Origin: Acidimicrobiia bacterium
GTDB taxonomy: Bacteria > Actinomycetota > Acidimicrobiia > Spongiisociales > UBA11373
Direction of reading: 5' to 3'
DNA: 64,000 bases
NCBI GenBank assembly: GCA_040902765.1
Contig: JBBDWO010000025.1
Coordinates: 14,132 to 78,131, forward strand
Position numbers and translations under genes: made by a program. Below are positions 49,630 to 57,913 of the stretch, piece after piece. The notes beneath the pieces are model-generated. The model worked only from the letters and a program-made list of their open reading frames with translations, did not search any database and was not told where the DNA came from. Each line of letters begins with the position of its first letter. Position 1 is the stretch's first letter.

Positions 49630-52383
49630 CTAAGTCCCCCCCACCATGTCGTTGTAGAGCCCCAGCAGATGACTCACTCGCTCGGCGTCACTCCCAAGTC
49701 GACGCCTGCCCACATATGACCGCTCTACCGCTCGATCCAATGCTGCGTGTGCCTGCACGAGGTCACGCGGCATTGCGAGGTGATCGTACATGGCGGCGAG
49801 CGAAGCATCTGGATACTGCCTCCTCCTAGCCACCACAGCCTCAGCAGCCTCCTCGATACCGCCATCGGGCGATCGCTCCGGCCATGGGAATGGGTTGTAG
49901 ACAGTGCCAGGCGAGAGCTGCAGACGGCTCTCGAGCCGGCCCGACACCGTCCGGAGCCAAGCCATGAACATGCTCGACTGCATCACGCCGAACAGCCACG
50001 AGTCCGCGTCTGGGACGCACCAGGACGGCGCCCGGACGAGTGCTTTGGGGCCACAGATTGCCATCGGGACGATCGGACGGAGTTCGGAGCTCACGTAGGG
50101 AACAAGGAGAAACGAAGCGCCGACGTCGCGTGGCTCCGTGAAGAGGTGAGGCGTCGCCGCAGCCTCTCGAGTCGCGGCTCTGGAACTTGCCTGGCGATAT
50201 TGCTTAACAGCCTCCACACGCTCGCGGATCAGTCGGGAACCGCGAAGCTCGCCCGGGGTCGCGCTCTCGAGCCACAGCGCCCATCGTTTGTGACCATGAA
50301 GGAGCTCCTTACCGCCCAGGTACGGCCGCAGGAAGCGCGCAGCCACAGGATCGCTCAGAGCCGCGCCAACGTTTGTCTCGTCGAACAATAGATGGCCGCC
50401 GTCATTGGCCATGCTGCCGTACTTGGCAGACGGTACGGAGTCCGTAAGGAGGGAACGTGATTGGGCAACGAGGACCGGTTCTCCATCTATCAGGTACGGA
50501 CTTATCTGCTCAGCAGACAGTTCGACGGGATCTCCTCGGTAGTGCGCGTAGTCGAAGATCCGCCTCTCGGTGTCCACAACGCCCATCGAGAATCCGACAA
50601 TGACAACGTGAACTGCCGCGCGACCGCTTGCCTCACTGGTCCATGCGAAGGGACGGTGAGCGAAGTCGATCTTCACCCCAGCTTCAAGAAGCCTGGGCCA
50701 CAGCGCACCGACATTCTGGCCCTGGCTGATCGAATTCGTAGCCACGAACGCGCAGCGTGCGCTTGTGCCCGAGATATATGTCGCTGCCTTCGAAAGCCAG
50801 GCAGCGACATAATCCAGCACACCGTGACCCGGTGCGTTATCGAAGGCGATACGCATGTCCTCCTGCTGTTCCGCGGTCCGGTACTGCCGCCCCCCGAAAG
50901 GGGGATTACCAATCACGTACGACACGTCGGAAGGCGCGACCACCGACGCCCAGTCAAGGCGCAGTGCGTTCCCTATCTTTATTTGGGGTGAAGATGGGAT
51001 CGGAAACCTCACGTAGTGCTGTCCGAACTCCGCGGACACGGCTCGGTTGGCCATATGGTCCATCAGGTAGAGGGCTGTTCGCGCGATTCGCGCCGGAAAC
51101 TCCTCGATCTCGATCCCGTAGAACTGGTCGACGGCTACGCGACAGAGCAGGTCAAGGTCTGACGTCAGCTGACCACCGACCTCCCGGCGCCCTGATCGTC
51201 CGGCAGTCTGGAGCCGTCGCAGGGCCTCTGTCTCTAGTCGGCGAAGCTCCCGGTAGCTCACTACTAGGAAGTTGCCGCACCCGCAGGCTGGATCGAGGAT
51301 CCTAAGAGAGGCGATGCGATCTAGGAATGCCTGAAGCTTCGGCCGACTGCGTGCCTGCTCAAGTTCCTGTTCAAAGTCGTCGAGGAACAGAGGTCGGATT
51401 GTCCTGAGAATGTTCTCCTCTGACGTGTAGTGCGCACCCAGTTGACGTCGCTCGGCAGCTGTCATCACGTTCTGGAACATCGAACCGAAGATGGCAGGGC
51501 TAATAGCGGCCCAGTTGAACCGACAGGCATCCAGGAGTGCGTTGCGGATCTCCTCGGTACAGGAGGGGATAGGTAGCCGAGTCTCGAAAATGTCCCCATT
51601 GATGTACGTGAACCCCGACAAGTCCTCGTCGAGGTTGGGAGATCGCTCTTCCTCAGGAGTGTCAAGCACTTGGAAGATCTCAGCAAGTCGAGAGCCCAGG
51701 TCACTGCCGTCGACTCGTGTCTGATGGACCACGAACGAGTGAAACAGCGCGCGCTCCCAGACCCCCGTGTCATCGGCGAATAGACAGAAGAGAACTCGCG
51801 TGAGCCACTCGCGGGTTGGAGCTTCTTCGTAGCCCGAGTCCGCCAGGGCATCGTGGATGTTGGCCATGAGCTGGGTCGCTGCGAGGTTGACGTCCTCGTC
51901 GTTTGCGAATGCCTCATTCGGGGCAGCGTGCCCCGCCATCCACCAGAACAGATGAACGTGATCAGCCAAGTCCCTGAGAGCGAATGACCCTTGGGTGCCA
52001 TCCACGAGATTGCGCCACCGGAACTTCCGAAAGTCGCACACGACGAGGAGCCAAGGTGACTCGGACTGGTGCAGGGTGGGCAGATAGTCGATCACTTGGT
52101 CCATCGCCTGGTCGAGACTCTGACCTGCTGACTTGTGCTCGACGGCCATGTGGCCCGGGTATAGAAGGTCGATCCAGCCCACGTTTCCCGTGGAAGCGCG
52201 CTCGGCGAGTAGCTCGAACTTGCCAACGAGCCTCCGATCGATGCCGAAGATGGCGAAGAACTCGTTCCAGAACGTCTGCTTCTCGGCGCTCTCCTGGACC
52301 GCGTCCTGCCAGCGACTGGCGAAAGAGGTCGCGCGCTCGCGAACTGTGTGTTTCGCGATGTCAGCGGTCACCGCGTCTGGCAT
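49630..52383 (-). CDS. Type IIL (IIG) restriction-modification enzyme, MmeI family (fused PD-(D/E)XK endonuclease plus N6-adenine methyltransferase plus TRD), 917 aa
   Basis: N-terminal D...EHK nuclease motif (WIDLLYPGHMAVEHKS). MmeI-family blocks are present (LFCLFADDT, NLDEDLSGFTYINGDIF, SPAIFGSMFQNVM, RRQLGAHYTSE, DPACGCGNFLVVSYRELRRLE, QFYGIEIEEFPARIA, VIGNPPFGG, CAFVATNSISQGQNVGALWP, IDFAHRPFAWTSEASGRAAVHVVIVGF, YNPFPWP). The size is nearly identical to MmeI (919 aa). Confidence 0.8.
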   Translation of the reverse strand: MPDAVTADIAKHTVRERATSFASRWQDAVQESAEKQTFWNEFFAIFGIDRRLVGKFELLAERASTGNVGWIDLLYPGHMAVEHKSAGQSLDQAMDQVIDYLPTLHQSESPWLLVVCDFRKFRWRNLVDGTQGSFALRDLADHVHLFWWMAGHAAPNEAFANDEDVNLAATQLMANIHDALADSGYEEAPTREWLTRVLFCLFADDTGVWERALFHSFVVHQTRVDGSDLGSRLAEIFQVLDTPEEERSPNLDEDLSGFTYINGDIFETRLPIPSCTEEIRNALLDACRFNWAAISPAIFGSMFQNVMTAAERRQLGAHYTSEENILRTIRPLFLDDFEQELEQARSRPKLQAFLDRIASLRILDPACGCGNFLVVSYRELRRLETEALRRLQTAGRSGRREVGGQLTSDLDLLCRVAVDQFYGIEIEEFPARIARTALYLMDHMANRAVSAEFGQHYVRFPIPSSPQIKIGNALRLDWASVVAPSDVSYVIGNPPFGGRQYRTAEQQEDMRIAFDNAPGHGVLDYVAAWLSKAATYISGTSARCAFVATNSISQGQNVGALWPRLLEAGVKIDFAHRPFAWTSEASGRAAVHVVIVGFSMGVVDTERRIFDYAHYRGDPVELSAEQISPYLIDGEPVLVAQSRSLLTDSVPSAKYGSMANDGGHLLFDETNVGAALSDPVAARFLRPYLGGKELLHGHKRWALWLESATPGELRGSRLIRERVEAVKQYRQASSRAATREAAATPHLFTEPRDVGASFLLVPYVSSELRPIVPMAICGPKALVRAPSWCVPDADSWLFGVMQSSMFMAWLRTVSGRLESRLQLSPGTVYNPFPWPERSPDGGIEEAAEAVVARRRQYPDASLAAMYDHLAMPRDLVQAHAALDRAVERSYVGRRRLGSDAERVSHLLGLYNDMVGGT

Positions 52384-52460
52384 TGGTCTTCCCTAGGCAG
52401 AACGCTGAGCTCGCAGGGCGCAACTGTTATTACGCTCGTCACTGACGACACCGGCGAAGA

Positions 52461-52645
52461 CTAAGTCCTCCGAGCATTCAGCCGCCACTCTGCAACATGG
52501 CGCAGCGGTCGCTCACGGATGGGAATTGACCACGGCCTAAGCCGCCACTCTGTTTCACAGCCCGAAGGTTCGCTTACCGCCCGCAACCCGACCACGGCTT
52601 GAGCCGCCACTCTGTTTGATCGCCCGAAGGCTCTCCGACACTCGT
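52461..52645. repeat. three tandem degenerate direct repeats (about 60-70 bp units containing AGCCGCCACTCTG...GCCCGAAGG). The last ends in an 11-nt copy of the tRNA-Leu 3' end.
   Basis: The units are at about 52461-52520, 52521-52585 and 52586-52645. They share GACCACGGCYTRAGCCGCCACTCTGTTTSAYMGCCCGAAGGYTC. A related copy lies at 49571-49625 on the other side of the MmeI-like gene. Confidence 0.6.
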
Positions 52646-52908
52646 CTCAACTACACGCGGCCGGGATGCGACGACGACCCGCCCGTCTTGGTGGTAGGTG
52701 ACATCTATCCCCATCTCGGCGTTTACCTTGGCCTTGTCGGTGGGGTCGGCGGCGGCCAGGGTTGCGGTGGTGTCTTGAGGCCGGCGCCGCTAGCTGCTCA
52801 GAGTACGCCAGAGATCGATAGCGTCCGCTCGTTACTGGCACATCCGTCCATTTTGAGTAGGCTGTTGGGCACAAGGTCGCCTGACGCCTGTTCGACGGCA
52901 GGAGGCGC

Positions 52909-53499
52909 GTGACGATCGGAGGTTCTCCCATGGGAGTTCGAAGCAACTGGAGACGCTTCGCCGCCCTTGCATTCGTGGGAGCCTTCTGGGCAGGTTCCAT
53001 GGCGGGCGTCGCGACTGCATCGAACAGGTTCCCGACGAACAACAAGGCAGGTGCCAACTCAACTGTGACGTTCCGGCACCTCAACCTAGCTTCCACCTTT
53101 CATGATGCGGCTCACGACACTGATACGACGGATGTAGAGCCAACCGACGTATACACCCTGATTTACCACGATGGAACACGCGAGGTGACGATTAACGACT
53201 ACGATTACAACAACCCGTACGGCTACGGGTGGTACGAATGCCATGACGAGTATCTGAGTGGCGGACTGCTCATTTGTCTGGACAGTCATGTACACATCGA
53301 CACGTACCTGTATGGCAATACACAGAATCCTCCAGGCACGAGCTATAGCACAACCGAAGCCAGGTCGCTCATGTGCGAGGAGGTAGGCCATGCGATCGGC
53401 CTAGCTCATTCATCCGAAGCGAACTCGTGTATGTCCCAGGACTGGGGCGAAACCGACTGGACTGTTCATGATGACGGTGTTGTCAACTCCATCTACTGA
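52909..53499 (+). CDS. secreted metzincin-like small protein with a degenerate zinc-binding motif
   Basis: Signal peptide (FAALAFVGAFWAGSMAGVATA). The C-terminal CEEVGHAIGLAHS resembles the snapalysin-type HExxHxxGxxH motif, but the first His is replaced (EEVGH). The region is low in GC. Confidence 0.4.
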   Translation: MTIGGSPMGVRSNWRRFAALAFVGAFWAGSMAGVATASNRFPTNNKAGANSTVTFRHLNLASTFHDAAHDTDTTDVEPTDVYTLIYHDGTREVTINDYDYNNPYGYGWYECHDEYLSGGLLICLDSHVHIDTYLYGNTQNPPGTSYSTTEARSLMCEEVGHAIGLAHSSEANSCMSQDWGETDWTVHDDGVVNSIY

Positions 53500-53555
53500 A
53501 ATCGGTACAGCAGCCGCCCTACTGACGTGTCTGTGCTGGAGAGGATCGACATCAC

Positions 53556-54200
53556 ATGCTGACTAAGAGACTGAATGCACGGGTGGTGCGACTCTCTGCC
53601 CTGTGGCTCGTCGGTTTTGCAGCTGTCGGTGTAGCAGGCTTTGCCCTAACCCTGTCAACGTTCACTAACAACAACAGGAGCACCATCCACGATCAAACGG
53701 CGGCTCCCGTGGTTGCACCACATGTGCGGCGCGTAGTTTTGTCTTCCCTCGACGAACTTGTGGCGGCTAGTGACCTCGTTGTTGTAGGCACCGTCGTCGG
53801 AGTGGAGCCGGGCCGGGTAGCGGGAGATCCGGCGGACGGAGAAGCCGGTCAGGTTCAATTTCACGATGCAGTAATCCGTGTTGATGACGTGCTTGCTGGA
53901 TCAACAGCACGGGACAGCATCAGGGTGGAGGTATTCTTCCTTCCGAATTCCCCGCCTGGAAGCATGACAGACATTGCCAGCGCCTGGTGGCGGCGCGGCG
54001 CGAGTTCCGTCTTCTTCGTTCGGTGGGACGCGACTGCGCCAGGTCGGGAAGCCGTTCTTCCCAGTTATGACGGTGTCTACCACTTACCGAGTGGCGTCGA
54101 CGGTCCGGCTCGATCGGCCGGGACCGCACCGATCGCAGGCCTTGAGGGACGAACAGTCGAGGAAATACGGGCTGCGATCAGAGCCCTGGCCAGTGACTGA
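53556..54200 (+). CDS. secreted/membrane-anchored hypothetical protein
   Basis: 214 aa with an N-terminal signal anchor (LSALWLVGFAAVGVAGFALTL), inside the island cargo region. Confidence 0.4.
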   Translation: MLTKRLNARVVRLSALWLVGFAAVGVAGFALTLSTFTNNNRSTIHDQTAAPVVAPHVRRVVLSSLDELVAASDLVVVGTVVGVEPGRVAGDPADGEAGQVQFHDAVIRVDDVLAGSTARDSIRVEVFFLPNSPPGSMTDIASAWWRRGASSVFFVRWDATAPGREAVLPSYDGVYHLPSGVDGPARSAGTAPIAGLEGRTVEEIRAAIRALASD

Positions 54201-54691
54201 TAGAGTGCCTCGATCCTCGACTTGGTAGAAAACCGCCTTCTGCCTCCACAGTGCCCTGTGGGTCGAGGATCTGCTGGTTCTTCGATATCACACAGATACG
54301 TCACGGATTGGGGCTTAACGTCGACAAGCGAGAAGTGCGCCGCTTGGCGCCTGGCAGCAGGCTCGGCGTACCAGATGACCCGGGGCTGTCGTGAGCTGGG
54401 CATCGGTGGTCACGAGGGCGGTGTGAAGAGTCTCGCTACGGCTGATGAAGACGGTGTTTTCGACGGTGAGGGTGCCGCGCAGTTCCGGATGCGGTCTGCC
54501 AGCGGGTTAGGTGGATACCGGGTGATAGCGAAGGCGACCTCCAGGAGAGGCAGTGACGCGCTCACCGATGAATCGACCTGGTTGCGAACGACGTCACCAG
54601 TGCCGGCGCTGGTGTAGTCCCCGGCCCCCGACGCTTCTCCGACACGCGAACTAATCCCGAATCTGTCACACCCGGGCCGTACGGTGTCTGC

Positions 54692-55777
54692 ATGTTGGAT
54701 ACCGCGCTCGTGTCACGAGCCGACCTCCTCGCCGAGATCCACGGATGCGAGCGGGATGTCGCCGCGGCGCGGGCTCGTCAGGTAGTGGTGCTGCGGGAGC
54801 TCATGCGTCGTGGTCAGGAGCCCGGCGCCGCCGAGCTGGCCGCTCTGCTCGATGCCTCGGCCCGCACGGCCCGTGATCTGCTGGAGACGGCGCGCCGGAC
54901 GCCCGAACGCTCGGTGTCGATGGAGCGGCTGTCCGCAGGCGACTCGTCGTTCGATCGCGCTGCTGCCGTCGCCTTCCTCATCGGGGCGGGGGCCGACGAT
55001 GAAACCGTGGCCACAGCCGAATACCGCGACATCGCGGGCGTCGAGCGGCTGCGCGCCCTACAGCGCAAGATCACCCGCCGCAGCGAGCTGGAGGCTCACC
55101 AGCAGCGTTCGGTGCGCTGCTGGCCGTCGCTGGACTCGGCGGTCGGCTTCATTCACGCCGAGCTGACCGGCACCGACTGGCAGCTCGTGACCGGAGCACT
55201 CGACAGCCGCGGCGACCGACTTCCTCGCGACGAGGTGGCCACCGCGGAGCAGCGCCGCGCCGATGCGCTCGTCGCGCTGGCCCACGACTGGCTCGACGGC
55301 CGCCACTGCCCGACCGAGGAGTCCTCGTCGACAGCGATCGTCACCGTTCTCGTCGACCCCGAGCTCGCCTCGGCCACCAACGGCGAGGCCGGTGTGACGA
55401 TCCCCGCCGGTCCCAGGGTCGGGCCATCCACCCTCGACGAGATCATGTGCGGTGGGGCGGTCGAGGTGGTCCTATCAGCCGACTCTGGCGTTCCGCTCGC
55501 GGTCGGCCCGACGACTCGGGTGGTGCCGCCGAAGGTGCGGAGATTCGTTCTCGCTCGTGACGGCGGATGCGTCGTCGAAGGATGCACCAGCCGTTATCGC
55601 CTCGAAGTGCACCACGTGATTCCCCGATCCCAAGGCGGCATCCATGACGCCGACAACCTCGTCACCCTGTGCTGGTATCACCACCACGTCGCCGTGCACG
55701 GCCGGGGTGAGCAGCTCGACCGTCAGAGTCCACCCGCTAGGCGGCGCCTCATCCCCGCCCGGGATCGCGACCCCTGA
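54692..55777 (+). CDS. DUF222-HNH endonuclease family protein (13E12-repeat type)
   Basis: C-terminal HNH motif (CVVEGCTSRYRLEVHHVIPRSQGGIHDADNLVTLCWYHHHVAVH) preceded by an Ala/Arg-rich DUF222-like region, as is typical of actinobacterial HNH proteins. Confidence 0.75.
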   Translation: MLDTALVSRADLLAEIHGCERDVAAARARQVVVLRELMRRGQEPGAAELAALLDASARTARDLLETARRTPERSVSMERLSAGDSSFDRAAAVAFLIGAGADDETVATAEYRDIAGVERLRALQRKITRRSELEAHQQRSVRCWPSLDSAVGFIHAELTGTDWQLVTGALDSRGDRLPRDEVATAEQRRADALVALAHDWLDGRHCPTEESSSTAIVTVLVDPELASATNGEAGVTIPAGPRVGPSTLDEIMCGGAVEVVLSADSGVPLAVGPTTRVVPPKVRRFVLARDGGCVVEGCTSRYRLEVHHVIPRSQGGIHDADNLVTLCWYHHHVAVHGRGEQLDRQSPPARRRLIPARDRDP

Positions 55778-55850
55778 CGAGGGGCGCCGTGGTCGCCTCG
55801 GACCACACCCTCTCTTCCGCTGGCTCGGTCTGCGACCCGCAGACGCGTCC

Positions 55851-56054
55851 TCACTCGTCCAGGACGAAGGTGACCAGCATGTTGACCTGGTACTCGGTGG
55901 CCTTGCCGTCGGTGACCTTGACCTGCTGCTCCTTGATCCAGGCTGCCTTGACGTTGCGCAGGGTCTGGTTGGCTCGCTTGATGCCTGTCTTTACGGCGTC
56001 TTCGAAGCTCTTCGGCGAGGTGGCGCTGATCTCGGTTACTCGGGCTACGGACAT
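55851..56054 (-). CDS. dodecin family flavin-binding protein
   Basis: 67-aa MSVARVTEISATSPKSFEDAVKTGIKRANQTLRNVKAAWIKEQQVKVTDGKATEYQVNMLVTFVLDE matches the dodecin fold pattern. A GGAGG RBS lies upstream. The longer ORF 55851..56615 is an upstream artefact. Confidence 0.7.
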   Translation of the reverse strand: MSVARVTEISATSPKSFEDAVKTGIKRANQTLRNVKAAWIKEQQVKVTDGKATEYQVNMLVTFVLDE

Positions 56055-56186
56055 GTTCCGCCTCCAGGGTGGATGGACCCCCTCACGGTAGGTGGTGTCC
56101 GCGCCCTCTGGTGAATCGAGGCAGCGCGGCACACCCCGACGGCAGCCGGTAGCCTCTCGCCACCGCCGAACGAGTGGAGGAGTGCC

Positions 56187-56576
56187 GTGGACGCCGACGC
56201 CTTGAAGGACGTGCCGATCTTCGCCGACCTGTCCCGTAGGGCCCGACGACTCGCCGCCGAGCACTGTGACCTGATCGAAGTCGACGCAGGGGAGACCCTC
56301 ATCGAACAGGGCGACCTCGCCCACGAGTTCTACATCATCATCGACGGCCAGGTCGACGTTCTCGTCGCCGGCGTGAAGGCGGCGACGCTCGGCGCTGGCG
56401 ACGTGATGGGCGAGATCGGTGTGCTCGACACCCACAAGCGCACCGCCACCGTGGTCACCACGACCCCGACTCGTCTGATCATGATGGACGGGCGGGCGCT
56501 CCGGGCGATCGCCGACACGGATAAGGACGTGGCCGACGAGATCCGCGCCATCATCAACGCCCGCACCGCCGACTGA
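56187..56576 (+). CDS. cyclic nucleotide-binding domain protein (stand-alone cNMP-binding domain)
   Basis: FYIIIDGQVDV...GDVMGEIGVLDTHKRTATVVTTTPTRLIMM matches the cNMP-binding beta-roll/PBC pattern. No DNA-binding domain follows. Confidence 0.7.
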   Translation: MDADALKDVPIFADLSRRARRLAAEHCDLIEVDAGETLIEQGDLAHEFYIIIDGQVDVLVAGVKAATLGAGDVMGEIGVLDTHKRTATVVTTTPTRLIMMDGRALRAIADTDKDVADEIRAIINARTAD

Positions 56577-56613
56577 ACCAGCACGCCAGGCTCGCGACGC
56601 GTAGCCTTGGGGC

Positions 56614-56997
56614 ATGGTCGAGCGGACCGCTGCCGAGCGCTGGGTGGAGGCGTACGTCCACGCCTGGCTGACTTACGACCCAACGGCGATCGGGGCGCTC
56701 TTCAGCGATGACGCCGAATACCGCTTCCATCCCGACGGCAACCCGGTGGTGGGTCGTGACGCCATCGTCCAATCGTGGCTCGACGAACGCGACGATCCCG
56801 GCACCTATCACGCCGACTACGGCGTGTTCGCTCTCGAAGGGGACCGCGCCGCCATCACCGGGACCACCACCTACTTCGCCAACGACACCCACGAGTCGAT
56901 CGTCAACGTCTACGACAACTGCTTCCTCGTCGAATTCGATGACGAAGGCACCTGTTGTCGGTTCACTGAGTGGTTCGTGGAGCGGTCGGAGGGTTGA
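56614..56997 (+). CDS. SnoaL/NTF2-like domain protein
   Basis: 127 aa, with AERWVEAYVHAW...DDAEYRFHP typical of SnoaL-like polyketide cyclase-fold proteins. Confidence 0.55.
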   Translation: MVERTAAERWVEAYVHAWLTYDPTAIGALFSDDAEYRFHPDGNPVVGRDAIVQSWLDERDDPGTYHADYGVFALEGDRAAITGTTTYFANDTHESIVNVYDNCFLVEFDDEGTCCRFTEWFVERSEG

Positions 56998-57913
56998 CCT
57001 CACCCCGGGCGCGCTCTGCCCGGCTGGTCGACCAGGCTCCGAGCAGCACCAATCCGCCGCCGAAGAGGGTCAACACGGTGATCCGCTCGTCGCGCAAGGC
57101 GGCTCCGAGGATCACCGACACCACCGGCACGATGTAGATGGTCACCGACGCTCGAGTGGCGCCGGTTCGGCGAGCCAGTTCCCCCATGAAGACCAGGGCG
57201 AACCCGGAACTGAGGACTCCTAGGAAGGCGATGGCGGCGAAGCCGCCCCAGGTGGCCGTGGAGTACTGAACGCCCCACAGCCCGATGGGGATGAGGGCGA
57301 TCAGGGCAGCCGCTTGAGCGCGCACGATCACCGCCAGAGACCCATACTTCTGCACTAGCGGCACGGTGAGGTTGACCGCCAGCCCGTAGCACATGGCCGC
57401 CAGGACGAGCAGAACCACCCCGAAAAGACTCTGACCCCCGACGCGGACCGACTGGACGGTGATCACGGTCACCCCAATGAATCCTACGACCAGCCCCGCG
57501 GCCTGCAAGGGCCCGGGTCGGCGGCGCAGCAGGATGGCGGCGATCGTGCCCGCCCAGATCGGCATCGAGCCGTTGATCAGCCCGGCGATGGACGAGTCCA
57601 CCCACTGCTGGGCGATGGGGAACAGCAGGAACGGAATGGCGATCCACACCAGGCCGATGAGCGCCAGCCCCGGATAGTCCTCCCGGTCCACCGGCCGACG
57701 AGCCCGCGGGATCAGCGATATGGCCAGCGCACCCAGGGCCACGCGCCCGAGGGTGATCACCGTCGGGTGCAGGGTCTCCAGGCCGACGGCGATCAGCACG
57801 AACGACGATCCCCACATCATTGCGGTGGCGAGCATCAGGCTCCACTCGACGGGTCCGAACGCAGCCGCCGAGGTGCCATCGGCCGTGGAGAGGAGGCGCC
57901 GGCGCTCGGTCAC
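56963..57913 (-). CDS. DMT superfamily (EamA-like) transporter
   Basis: About 10 TM helices with two EamA-like halves. A GTG start overlaps the stop of the upstream MFS gene (GTGA). Confidence 0.7.
   Translation of the reverse strand: MTERRRLLSTADGTSAAAFGPVEWSLMLATAMMWGSSFVLIAVGLETLHPTVITLGRVALGALAISLIPRARRPVDREDYPGLALIGLVWIAIPFLLFPIAQQWVDSSIAGLINGSMPIWAGTIAAILLRRRPGPLQAAGLVVGFIGVTVITVQSVRVGGQSLFGVVLLVLAAMCYGLAVNLTVPLVQKYGSLAVIVRAQAAALIALIPIGLWGVQYSTATWGGFAAIAFLGVLSSGFALVFMGELARRTGATRASVTIYIVPVVSVILGAALRDERITVLTLFGGGLVLLGAWSTSRAERARGEVNPPTAPRTTQ

Larger units (their letters stand above)
44629..54647. mobile_element. integrated genomic island (integrative element, about 10 kb) at the tRNA-Leu(GAG) 3' end. 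It carries a serine integrase, a Rep protein, HTH regulators, a TIR operon and an MmeI-like RM enzyme. It is possibly a composite of two tandem insertions.
   Basis: The 12-nt tRNA 3'-end sequence TCTCCGACACGC (44617-44628) is repeated at 54636-54647 with similar flanks (tGAAaAcCCGA versus GAActAatCCCGA). An 11-nt copy CTCTCCGACAC lies at 52631-52641. An integrase gene is adjacent to the tRNA. Low-GC cargo lies at about 48.7-49.4 kb and 52.9-54.6 kb. Confidence 0.6.

Noticed and set aside
54222-54617. 131-aa plus-strand ORF and the overlapping 108-aa minus-strand ORF at the island's right edge
   Set aside because: They are mutually exclusive weak ORFs in a lower-GC, possibly decayed region next to the attR-like repeat. 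Neither has recognisable features.
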